Positions 50,751-61,928 of a stretch of DNA of 64,000 bases are shown here, piece after piece. The position numbers and the translations under genes were made by a program. Within the stretch, counting starts at the first letter, position 1; each line of letters begins with the position of its first letter. The DNA is from Camelus dromedarius (Eukaryota): contig NC_087444.1 of NCBI RefSeq assembly GCF_036321535.1, forward strand, positions 39,556,001-39,620,000, written 5' to 3'. The notes beneath the pieces are model-generated. The model was not told where the DNA came from, made no database searches, and worked only from the letters and a program-made list of their open reading frames with translations.

Positions 50751-53720
50751 TTGCCTCTGGGCCTCTTGGCCTCTTTCCCCTTCTTCCCTGTGCTATCACA
50801 CGACTTCCTCAAATTGTGACCCCTAGCACAATGCTGTTTACACAGAATGTCATTTGTAGACGAATGGGTGGTATCATTCATAACTAGGAAGAGAAAATCT
50901 GACTGTAATGTAATGAGGATTATGAGAGAAACACAGAAATCTGCATTGCATTCCTCAGTGCTGGGGTTACGTGGGCAAATGCATGCATTCAAATAAAAAC
51001 CTATTTTATCTTGCCAGGTAATGCACCTTTTGAGAGATAAAATTAATCAATTGGGAACAAAGTGAATATGATTTCAATTGTATTGTCCTCAGACTTTTAC
51101 TAGGGAAGGCAGTTGATGCCATCAAGAACTATAAAGTATTCTGGATGTTCCCATCACTGAAGTGCATATTCCATCGGGTTCTATAGCTAAATGGCATGCT
51201 CCTACAAAACACAGCTTTACTAATATTAAATTAAAATCAATATGGTCTGTTTCTGTTTGCTCTTATAACAAAGGTGCAAATTTCATCCTTTAAACAATGT
51301 CTCAACTTCTACTTAGGTAAATGATACCTTCTTTAATGGAGGAAAGCAAGGAAAGAACAGAAAACTGTTGGTTGATTATTTTGCCCAACTGGGTACACTC
51401 AGAAACTACAGTTATTCAGGCTTATTCTGATATCACGTAGGGGGAAATGTTTCAGCAGGACTGGTAAGAATGAACCTAAGACACATGAGCAAACCCCAGT
51501 TGCTAAGTTTCGAGAGAGTCATCTGATATCAAGGCTTCATGTCGTCAATATTTGAAGATGCTTTGAAATGTGCATAAGTTAGAAATATAAGGAACACCTG
51601 AAATAGTATTTTCTTCCCTGATTTATGCTTTTAATTCTCCTTATTTAAAATCCTTCTCTCCTAACAGCTGCTGAAACTAAAAGTTCAGGATTTGCTTTGA
51701 CTTAAATATATGTAAGGGATATATTCCTAATTCCCCTCCCAGTCCCAAAATTCATGCAGCTTTCAAGTTCGCACTGAGTGTTTAAATATCACTGGGGAAC
51801 CAGGTGGTCCTATGTAAGGACGGGCACTACGAGAAGAGAAAATCCCAATGGGTGGGGTATCTAAATGTTGAGGGAGACAGGTGAGGCAGAAACATGTGGC
51901 AGGAGGTAGCACTCCCAAGTGGGAAATGACCAGCTATGTTAAGACTGTGTGTATCTGATGGATGTGTTTACCTGTTTGATTTTCTTCCTCTGTGTGTCTT
52001 TGTGGGCATGGATATTTGGGGGCAGAGGAGCAGGTAGCAAGAGACGCAGATAGGTCCGTCAGCTCAGGACTGAGTTTATTTTTTTTTTTCTTTTCTTTCT
52101 TTTATATTTTTTTTTTGCAAAGATCACTGGAACATGTCCAGATCGGCAGTATATACATATCAGGTACATGAAATAATCAACAGAGTAGAATAAAGGGTTA
52201 TATTTCAATCAGAAAAGAAATATCATGTTTGGGCATAAAAATATGCAGTATTTCATAAGTGTCATATGCAGAATTTTTACTTTAAAAGTTAAAACAAAAA
52301 ATATGTTACTTACAAAGCATTTGGTGACTGTGTCTATCTATCTAACTACCTATCTTCCTATTGTTATTGACCCATCCGTCGATCTGTATCTGTTCATCTG
52401 GCATCATCAGCATCCTCATCACTGTTAGAATCTATCTGTCCTTCCCTACACTATTCAAAGAAGAAAAAGCAAAACATTTGATAATTTTAGAATATGGCTG
52501 TGACACTTGGGAAGATGTACTCTTGAACCTTGATTTCCTGGGTTACCAATGTTACTTGGGAGGTATCTGTGCGTACAGAGAGCATTTGTCGCGTTAGTTT
52601 TGGTAGATATGTCCTTTGTGAGAGATTTTGGTTGATTTCTGCATTAAGGACATATAAATACTTTTCTTCATGTCACCAATGAAGTAATTCTGGCTCAAGA
52701 AAACAGGAGGGAAGATAAAACTATGTTACACCAGAAAGCTAATGTTTATTTATTCATTACCTGGAACTCAAGACGATGACATTTACGAAGTTAATCCTTT
52801 AGGACACTCATTGTGTAGGATTCTCAACTTAGGAACACAGTCTTGCTTTGTGCCGGAGCCCTTAGAAAGACCACAGGCATTTTCTGGAAAAGAATAATAT
52901 AGATGCTTTTCTCCTAAGAAGGCTTTACTCACTTGCTCTATGATAAGGATAGAGGATAATTGCACAGTTCTTAATAAATGTGTGTGTGTGTGACATGTTT
53001 TACCTCTTTCAAGAAACATCATCAAAATAGACAAGTGTTATACATGAAGTATATGTTAATATATATTATGTATGAAGTACATGTTGGAGAGAGGACCAAA
53101 GTGGTACCATTGGCTTCTGTTTCTTTTCTGTTCACTATTTTGCTGTATAAAAATATAAAACATCAGTACTTCAAGGAAACCTGTAGATCACTTAGTCCAA
53201 GTATCTCACATCATCTATAGTTGAGGACACTGATGTCCCTCAAAGTAAACTGACTTGTCCTAGAGCAGAGAGCAGACCAAGACTAGAATGCAGTTTGCCC
53301 AGTTTTCACTCAAACATCCCATGAGGTCGTTTTCCTTAGAGACTTTCTCCATGATCTACAATTACATTCTAGCGAGAAAATTTCTAAGGCGACCAGACCA
53401 TCCAAGTCTCTGTGACTCTTCCCAAAACTGAGTAACTCTAAGGAAATGAGCACACTTTTTTTTTTAACTTTTTGTCATTTGTAACCAGAATCAGGATCCA
53501 GCAGCATTTTATTACTTTTAGAATAAGCCCTGATGATGGCTGTTGAAGAACCATAATGAAATTCAAGTAGTTTTATTTTCCTTCTCCTACCTTTTACTGC
53601 CAAGCAAAATGAATCTCCCATACCCTACTAGCATCTGCACAGGAGTCAGCTGCTGTGGAATATATGGGGATTAATGGAAAATAGTAATTATAAGAACAGC
53701 AATAAAATAATAATGATAAT

Positions 53721-54177
53721 AGTGTTATTTTCCTAGAGCTGCCATAACAAAGTACCACAAACTGGGTGGCTTACACAACAGAAGGTTTTTGTCTCAAAGG
53801 TCTGGAGATTAGACGTCCAAAATCAAGATATCCACAGGTTTGCTTCCTGTTGAGGACTGTGTATTGTTTTCGTTCTTCTTATTTTGCTGCTAGTGGTTTT
53901 CTGGCAATCTTTGGTATTCTTTGGCTTGTAGAATCATGGCCCCAGTAGCTGCCTTCATTGTCACATGGTGTTTCACCCACTTGTGTGTATGTTATTCCAA
54001 ATACCCCTCTTTTAGAAGGACACCAATCATACTGAATTTAGAACCCCCCTCAATAATTCCATTTTAAATTGATTACCTCTGTAAAGACCTAAGCCCAAAA
54101 TAAGTCACAGTCTGTGTTACTGGGTGGTGGGACCTCACCATATACATTTATGGTGGGACACAAGTCAACCCATAACA
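53721..54177 (-). mobile_element. MLT1B/C-type MaLR solo LTR
   Basis: gctgccataacaaagtaccacaaactgggtggctta... and ends aacccataaca. Near-TSD ataat/gtaat. Confidence 0.88.
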
Positions 54178-54204
54178 GTAATAGTAACTAAACAGCGATA
54201 ATGA

Positions 54205-54390
54205 TAATTATTGTTTTTCTTATCACAGCTAAGAATTTCTGAATGCTTGCCAGATCATGAACCAGATAATATATGCCAAGCTACTCTGAGCCTATTTAAT
54301 AATCACAACAACTCTGAGAGCAATGTATTAGTAGTAGTCGAAATTTATAAAAAAAATAAAAGAGTTAATAATTTGCCCAAAGTCACAACT
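54205..54390 (-). mobile_element. MIR antisense
   Basis: gaatgcttgccag...aatcacaacaactctgagag...aatttgcccaaagtcacaactagcaag. Confidence 0.65.
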
Positions 54391-54610
54391 AGCAAGGCAA
54401 TTGTTTGCAAATGGTGGCTGGTTTGCCCCTCGGGACATTTGACGACGTCTACATTTTTGGTTGTCAGGGGAAGATATGCTACTGGCATCTAGTGGGTAGA
54501 GACCAGGGATGCAGCTAAACTTAAAATGCTCAGGGCAGCATCTCTCCCCCAACAACAAAGAATTATTCAAACCAGAATGTCAGTAGTGTCAAGGCTGAGA
54601 AATCTTGGTG
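54391..54610. mobile_element. MER20 hAT-Charlie MITE
   Basis: ttgcccctcgggacatttgacg...gctactggcatctagtgggtagagaccagggatgcagctaaac...aatgtcagtagtgtcaaggctgagaaatc. Confidence 0.85.
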
Positions 54611-54789
54611 TGAGTATAATCCAGCCAAAGGTTCTCAACTACTAAAGGAATGAAGAGTGGCGAGAGTCAATAGTGGGAGGGCTTCTTGTCTGGGAAGGAG
54701 CTGGTGGTCTGAGTTTGCGTGTGAACAGTGGCTTGAAAAGGTGGAAGCAGAGACCTTCTTTTCCTTAAACACACCATTGGGTTGGTGTC

Positions 54790-55700
54790 TTCCAAAACCT
54801 ATTTTTAAAAGTTTATTTTGCAATTTTTAATGTAGAAGTAATATAACTATTCACACAATATTTGAAAAATATAGAAGAGCAAAAAAATAAAAATTACCCA
54901 CTTATTTACTACTCAAAACCAGCCATTGGGTACATTTTAATGTATTTCTTTCTAGAGTCTTTCAGTGCAAATTCTGACATGGCTTTGGTCATATTGCATG
55001 CATAGTATAATATGGTGTCTAACTTTTAAAAATTATCTTTAGTAAATAGTAGTTTTCTTCAGTACGAGATCATTATTTTGAAAAACTTCACATATTTTTT
55101 TGTAGGTGGGTAACATATCATCTAGTAAAATGCCTTGGTTATTAGACTGTATCCAGTGTTTTTCTTTTTTCTTTTTTCTTTTTTTCCTTCTCTCTTTCCA
55201 TCTTCTTTCTCTCACTTAGTATATATAATTTGTTTATTATTATTATTACAATATTTGTCTCTTCCTACCACTCTATAAAATAGATTGCCAGAATTAGGAT
55301 TAATAATACAAATAGCTTATAAATTATTCTTTATTCATATTGTCCTATTATTTTCCCAAAGCATTGCACCCATCTTTCCTTACTGAAAACTACATGTCTG
55401 TCCTTTGCCCTCCTTTCAGTATTCAGCATGATGATTTAAAGGTGGAAAAACCTATTTCATTTTCCTGGATGTTTTCCTGATTTGGAGAGGTCAGTCAGCT
55501 TTTCTATGTTAGCCATTATATTTTCACATCTATATTTTGTGTGTTTTTATGTTTTTAATTTGTTTTATAAAACACATGGCTTCTGCACTTTGTTCATATT
55601 ACATGTTTTAACGTTTTTCTGTCAAATTTAATCATTTTAGAATGAGATCAATGTATTGTTTCTTCGATCACTTACACATTTTGTGTAATTTTTTATTATA
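54790..55700 (-). mobile_element. Old L1 (L1ME-like) antisense fragments
   Basis: cagccattgggtacattttaatgtatttctttctag...; cattttcctggatgttttcctgatttggagagg...agccattatatttt. Confidence 0.5.
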
Positions 55701-55739
55701 AATGTAATGCAGGGGAGGGGTCACATGCAATTTAATTTT

Positions 55740-58072
55740 CTCTCCCTCTAAAACCTCACTACACTAATGGAAGAAGCTGAGGTAAAATCAATATTTACCC
55801 AAATGACAAAGAGACAGGTGAGAAGAAAAGAGCAGACAAAGTTTTTTCAACAAATTTGGCAGGTAGAATATAAATGGAGGATTTGTAGCTGTCACACTAG
55901 GAAGGAAGTTGAAACATAAGTGGCTTCCATGGAGGGAGACTATTAAAGAAATTGAGCAATTTGCCCTGCAGAATCCCTAAGGGGCTCAGGATTTGGAGGT
56001 GAATTGAAGAAGGTGTGAACACACAGGAATTCTTTACATATTGTTTGTATTTTACAGAGCAGTTGGCATCTCTCAGGTTTCCCCCTCATCTCACACTCCA
56101 GGAGATTAGATTAGTCCTTCCTCTCCCACTGACTCTTCCTCCTCACGAAAGATCAGAAGCTTGTTATGTAAAGTATGTAATCAGAAGATCTGGATCAGCC
56201 ACACTAGTTGAAATGTGAAGCCAAGATGGGGATAAGATGGGACAGTCAAATAAAAGTGAAAGTCTATGGTCTACGTATTATGCAGTGAGACACATTCATC
56301 ATTATCCACCCTAATCACAAAATTCAGGAAGCACGGCTTATGCATACCAAAGCAGGAAATTAAGAGGATTCTTCTGTAGAGAAACTGAATGACCCCAATT
56401 AAAAAATCATATATATATATGATTATATATATATATCTCCCCACGACAATATCAGGCACCTATATGTAGACAGTAAGCTGAGGACCCCTGGTCATCAATA
56501 CTTTCCCTTTGCACAAAGTTTAGTACTTCACGGAATGAAAAGATAAGAATCATCTAATATTTGAGGAAATCCTCCAATGCGAGAGTGACAAATACAAATA
56601 GAAATTGATAATATGCAAAGAGCAAGTAAAAACTAAAAAAACTTTAAAAATGAATGTTCCATATATAAATTTGTGTATGTATATAAACTTAATCCTAATT
56701 TTTAGAAAGTTAGAAAGATAATACTGAAAGAATTTATAAAGAATAAGCATAAAGATATGGAAGGTAGAAGAGACAAATGGAAAATGTTAATCAGGAGGCT
56801 CAACATTTAACAAGTTTTAGATAGAGAAGACAATAAAAAGTAAAGGGAAGGAAATTTGGAATAATCAATAGGAGCCTAAAGAAAAACAGACTATTACACA
56901 CACACACACACTCACTCTCTCTCTCACTCACTCTAAGGCACAAAACCAAAGTGTCAGAACACCAAAGATAAAGAGATAATCCTTAATGGCTTCTAAATAG
57001 ACTAAAAAGTCATATACAAAATAATGGAAATACATATAGTATTGGACTTTTCCAGTAGTATTAGATAATAAAATATATTGTAGCAATGCCTTCAAAATTC
57101 TCAAGAAAAAGACAAACATTTGCCGCCTAGATTTCTATATCCAACCCAATTATCAATGAAATGATATCAATCGAGCAAGCAGATGATGAGAGAGCTAAAA
57201 AATTGTGTATACATATATCCATTCATGGGAAGTAGTAGAAATGTACTTAAATGAAATGATGTAGTAAATATAAATGAATGTATGGGAGACAGGAAACAGG
57301 ACTCCATATCAAGAGAATGGCTAATGAGTATCCCATGATTCTGCAACCTCAGATTTTCATTGTAGATCTTGGAGAGAAACACCTAGACAAATTGCAGCAT
57401 AAACGCAAAAGGTTCTAGGAAGAATGTCTTAGGAGAATGCTTACGACACAATATACTATAGGTTACAACATGGGGGTGGAGGAAGTATTGCACAATGTCA
57501 AACAAAGAAAACAATAAAGAGGCACACATACAAAGACTTCTTAGAGAGGGAGAGACAATGATGACTGTCACGTGAGCTCCTCTTGCTCACTACTTTCAAA
57601 GGCAGAACACAGAGACCTAGCAGGACTGGATACCATACTTTTGGAGAAAGACCCAGAACTGTGCTGTGAGAATTTCAATATATTTGAGTTGGTAATTGTT
57701 AGCTCCTCACCTACCATCATTGGGAGTTCAATGCAGTGGAAATATAATGTGGTGGTACCTTGTCTTCAGCCTTATCTTAACAGCTCAGGATCTGTGGGAA
57801 GATCGAGCACCTAGGATCCAAGATTGAGTTTGTAGCTCTATGACGTGGTGAAATATGGCATGATCTCACCATATATGGTTAGAAGAGCACCAGCCCCTCC
57901 CCTGGAGTGATGGAGTGTTGGGATCCAACCTTTTCTCTGTCATAAGTACTTGGCTGTGTTCTGGACTTGAGCAGGAGGCAGAGTCCTTTACTGGAAGGCC
58001 AAATGCAGATCATCAGTCTTGGGCAAGTTAATCCTTACCCAACTTAAAAATACTGATTCTAAAAAAAAAAAA

Positions 58073-58106
<34 letters not shown>

Positions 58107-58510
58107 GTATAAAATAGAATAAAAATATTAATTCTAAGAAAGATATAACATTTTTAAAATGTCTGTTTAATATTTGGCTCAGTTATAAGTAAAATTTACA
58201 TTACCATGCACACTATAGATTTTAAATGACAGTTGTAACATAAAAGTATTAGCTGAATGATGAAGAAGTGGGAAAGAGATAGAAGAAGAACAAAAAATAA
58301 TGTATAAATGTTGTAAATCAAGAAGGACTAGTTTATCATGTCTAATTTAGATATATGAAATAAAATATTATAATAAACACCTAAACGAGTTGAAACTTAC
58401 CACCTTATGGAAGCAAGACTGGGGAAGGGAAATCCTATCTTTTATTATAAATCCCTTGGTACTCTTTGAGTTTCAGCTATGTTCTTGCATTAAGTTAGAT
58501 ATACAAAATA
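55740..58510 (+). mobile_element. HAL1 (half-L1) element, interrupted by a ~500-bp insert
   Basis: HAL1-like 5' end (aaaacctcactacac...gacaaagagacagg), ORF1-like gcaatgccttcaaaattctcaag (~57085), and 3' end cgagttgaaac...ttattataaatcccttggtactctttgag. Confidence 0.65.
57570..58073 (+). other. Unidentified poly(A)-tailed insert (candidate retrocopy)
   Basis: Visibly more GC-rich than the HAL1 flanks. Ends aatactgattct plus A13 (58061-58073) and a (TA)n tract. No TSD seen. Confidence 0.4.
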
Positions 58511-58749
58511 TACAATATGCTAAAACAAGGTAGATTATATGAACATATTTTAAAATGTTAAAAATGATGACATAACTGTCCAACCATGTGGACAACACAA
58601 ATGTTAAATTTTAGATTTTTCTTCCAATCTTTGTATATATTTCTCTATGTTTCTGTTGTCATACTGTCTATGATTTCCTAACATGCTTTTGTTACACAAT
58701 TTATCGTACATTTTTTTTATATTTTAAAATACACATATTAAACAACATG

Positions 58750-59214
58750 TGTGGATTTGGGGTATGGTCCATGTAGCTCCTATTTTCACACTTCCTGTGT
58801 CAGGGGTGGTAAAGATGTTACCTGTATGGATTATGTCAGCGGCTTCCCCTGCCCTCTGACTTCCTGTTGAGTTTTGGCCAATGGGCAGTTGATATCAGAG
58901 GGAGTAAGGAAAGTGAGGTGGAAGAATTTATTTCACCATTTTTTTTTTTTCATGAGAAAGTTGCCTCAGCCAGGTAGATTCTCTGACCAAAATTCTTATT
59001 AGTTCCTTTCAAGGCATTCATCTCCACTCTTCGTTATGTTAACCTCTGCCTACTCTAATTTATTTAGACCAATTGAGGTAAGATCTCACTTTTATTAATA
59101 TCTTTTTATCATGTTTCTACACCCTGTCCAAAACTTGTAAAGAATACCTTTAATAAACCGTCTTCAGATTCCAATTTGACAGTTCTGTTTCCTGCTAGGA
59201 CCTCTAGTGAAACA
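58750..59214 (+). mobile_element. LTR33-like ERVL solo LTR
   Basis: cttcccctgccctctgacttcctgttgagttttggccaatggg...ttgtaaagaatacctttaataaac...tctgtttcctgctaggacc...gaaaca. Near-TSD aacatg/agcatg. Confidence 0.75.
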
Positions 59215-59254
59215 AGCATGTAATGTTAAATAATGAAAAAAAAAAAGAAAAGTA

Positions 59255-59470
59255 AGGGCTTTGAAAAAGAGAAGTCTTGCTCTGAAAATTGGCTCAGGCA
59301 ATATCAAACTGTGTTGTATGAACTCTCTCCCAGTCAGTGTCCTTATCTTTAAAATGAGAAGTAACTCTTTTCTTCATTATATTTTTTTGTAAAGAATAAA
59401 TGAGCTAATCAACATAGAGAAGCTAAATGCAGTACCTGGCATGTACAGATACTCAATAACAGCAATAAAA
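59255..59470 (+). mobile_element. MIR
   Basis: gtccttatctttaaaatgagaag...ataaatgagctaat...gcagtacctggcatgtacagatactcaataa. Confidence 0.7.
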
Positions 59471-59544
59471 TTAGGTTGTTTTTTACAGAGTATTTGCACA
59501 CTTCTCCAGTTTTAACGTACATACGAAGTAACTAACAATATGAC

Positions 59545-59660
59545 TTAAAAGGCAGATTTTGATTTGGGAACTATGGAGTGGGTTCTGTGATTTCACATTT
59601 TTAATAAGCCCCCCAATGGTGCCAGTGCTGCCGCTTCAGAGACCGCAGAGTGAATGGCCG
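59545..59660. mobile_element. MER5A fragment
   Basis: gcagattttgattt...tttcacatttttaataagccccccaatggtgccagtgctgcc. Confidence 0.55.
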
Positions 59661-59799
59661 AGTCCTGTGTCATTCTGAATGCACATTTGTACATGCTTTG
59701 GATATGTATTTGATAATATGAGGATTCAGCCATTTTAAATACGTTTTTACGTTACTGCTACAATGTGTTGTTTTGTACAATAAGGATAAGAGAACACCT

Positions 59800-60050
59800 C
59801 GAGCTGACTCACAAACAAGGGGATTTTAGTATAAGGATTTTGACTCTGAGTTTCACAAACCCTAAAGGCAGGGAAGTGCTATGTCTGGGGCATGTAAGAA
59901 CTAGAACTCTATCACTGACTAGACATTTTCTACATCTGTCAAGGTCTCCATGCTCTCTCTTCTTTCCTACTCTTTCTCCCACCTTGCACTGCAAAATTTC
60001 ACACATGGCTTAGCTCCTTATTCTACATGTAATCTGAGTGTTTATGCAAC
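59800..60050 (+). mobile_element. L2 fragment
   Basis: ctaaaggcagggaagtgctatgtc...; tctccatgctctctcttc...cacatggcttagctcc. Confidence 0.35.
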
Positions 60051-60479
60051 TTAGGTCACCGTCTTACTGGAGAGAATCATCTGGACTGGATAAATCAAAA
60101 AGGCAGTGGCTGGCCCTTATGATATGGTTTTTGATGGGTAGCTCTATAATTAAAATTTCTGAAATTGTAAAAAATCTGAAATTTGCCTGATCTTGGCCTG
60201 CAGTGAAGGGAGTGATATTGATCCATTTGTTCCTAATGAATGTAGTGATTAGAGATTATTGTAGTAATTTATAACCTTGCATTTTTACCAAGGTTACCAA
60301 ATAGGTATTTCCCCGTAGGTGGTGCTTGCAGACGTGGTGGTTGTTTGGCATGCAAACAGAACGACTGTCATGCAAACAGAACGATTGAGAACCCCTAACT
60401 GCAGTGATCCCTACCCTTCCTTTGGGGTGTGGAGTTTTATAAACCTGTGAGACAGCTTCTGCAGTGGGGACATGTCAGT

Positions 60480-60900
60480 TGTTATTTTTCTTCGGTTTGG
60501 CCCTTAAGATGTACCAGGCAGGGTGCTTGACAGTGGTGACACATAGATAAAGAGGCTGAGCACTTCCTTAAGAAGTTTACAATCTGCTAGTGGAAACAGA
60601 CAAAATAAACAACCCCAATGTATTATTGTAATAATAATGATAAGCTTTAGTAGTGGAGCTGTTGGCAAACCTTCAGAGAGGGATTACCTCATGATGCAGG
60701 AGTTGCACCCTATTGGAGGAGGTGAGTTCCGTATGATGGATACTGTAGGGAGAAGAAACTATAGATAGAAGCATAAAGGAGTGACAAATGTTAAAGGGTA
60801 CGCCATACAGTGTTAGAGAAATACTTTGTAATTGCATTCGTAATTGCAAGGATGGTTTTTGGGTGGGAGACAATAAATCGCCCCTATGAGTATTTAGGTA
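60480..60900 (-). mobile_element. L2 antisense
   Basis: gtaccaggcagggtgcttg...ttccttaagaagtttacaatctgctagtgg. Confidence 0.5.
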
Positions 60901-61519
60901 ATTGAATTAAGAAAATCCTTTAAGGATAAGCTGACAATGAGGTCTGCTTTGGCTGCCCTTAATCTTCTGACTATGGATTTGCTGTCAGAATTTAGCTGCA
61001 TTTAATGAAACAGGGACCCTATATATGTTATCTCATCCTGAAAGTATTCTAAGAGTCAACTCTACTGACATATTTACCACACTTCCCAGCCAGCTTTACG
61101 AGTTGCAAGTTAAGATTGCCTGAGGTTGGCAAGACTGAATTGCTTCCTTTAAAAAGACTGTGACGATGGTTTTGGCTCTTCCAGATTCATTCTTTTCCAT
61201 CCCCCATCCAAACCTATATGAAAAAAGGCCCTGAGAACTAGTAAGAAGCCTTTGTGTTGGAGACAGGATGCTGAGTGAGAGCAGGTAGGGCCCACTCTGA
61301 GAAGGCCCTCATTCAAGTCTTGTTTTAAAATAGAGATTTAGTGTTTAGTGACCCTTTAAATCTCCCTTAAGATGAAAGAAATGTTCACATATTGAAGTAT
61401 GGGGAAGTCATTCTGCCTTATACATGATTTAACATAAATTTTGTGCTAACTAAAATGGCCTGTTTGTGGCCTATAACACATACATTGTACATCAGCTTTA
61501 ATTATTAAAGAAAAAGATG

Positions 61520-61689
61520 CATTGACCACATTGACCAGAAGTGAAAAATGTCCATATTACACATAAAGATGAAATGCTTCCTTTCCTCAGACGCCAGTGC
61601 TGATAGTCCCTCGATGATAAGACTCCCTTCCCAGGGGCCAAGGCCAGCTGTGTACATGCTATATTCATATATATATATATGTATATGTA

Positions 61690-61724
<35 letters not shown>

Positions 61725-61928
61725 GAAACCTTGAAGGAATATTTGTGACTTGTTTGATGTTCTTTGTTCCAACAAGATATAAAACTCTGCTGAAAACCAC
61801 ATTTCTCCAAAACAGTTCCTCATAGTTATCTGAGAGGCTGTCTCCCAGGCTATATAGTTCTCAGTTTTGCTCAAATAAAACTCTTTTCTATTCCTATTAT
61901 AGATTGTTTATTGATTATTTTTGTTGAC
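61520..61928 (+). mobile_element. ERV1-type LTR (3' portion) containing a (TA)n/(TG)n microsatellite at ~61668-61724
   Basis: aagatataaaactctgctg...gaggctgtctcccaggctatatagttctcag...aaataaaactc...tttgttgaca. The 5' boundary is uncertain. Confidence 0.6.

Noticed and set aside
57570-58060. CR1/L3 tail or bornavirus N identity for the poly(A)-tailed insert
   Set aside because: The resemblance is limited to a few terminal bases (tgattct) or scattered residues, and upstream sequence does not match what I recall of either.
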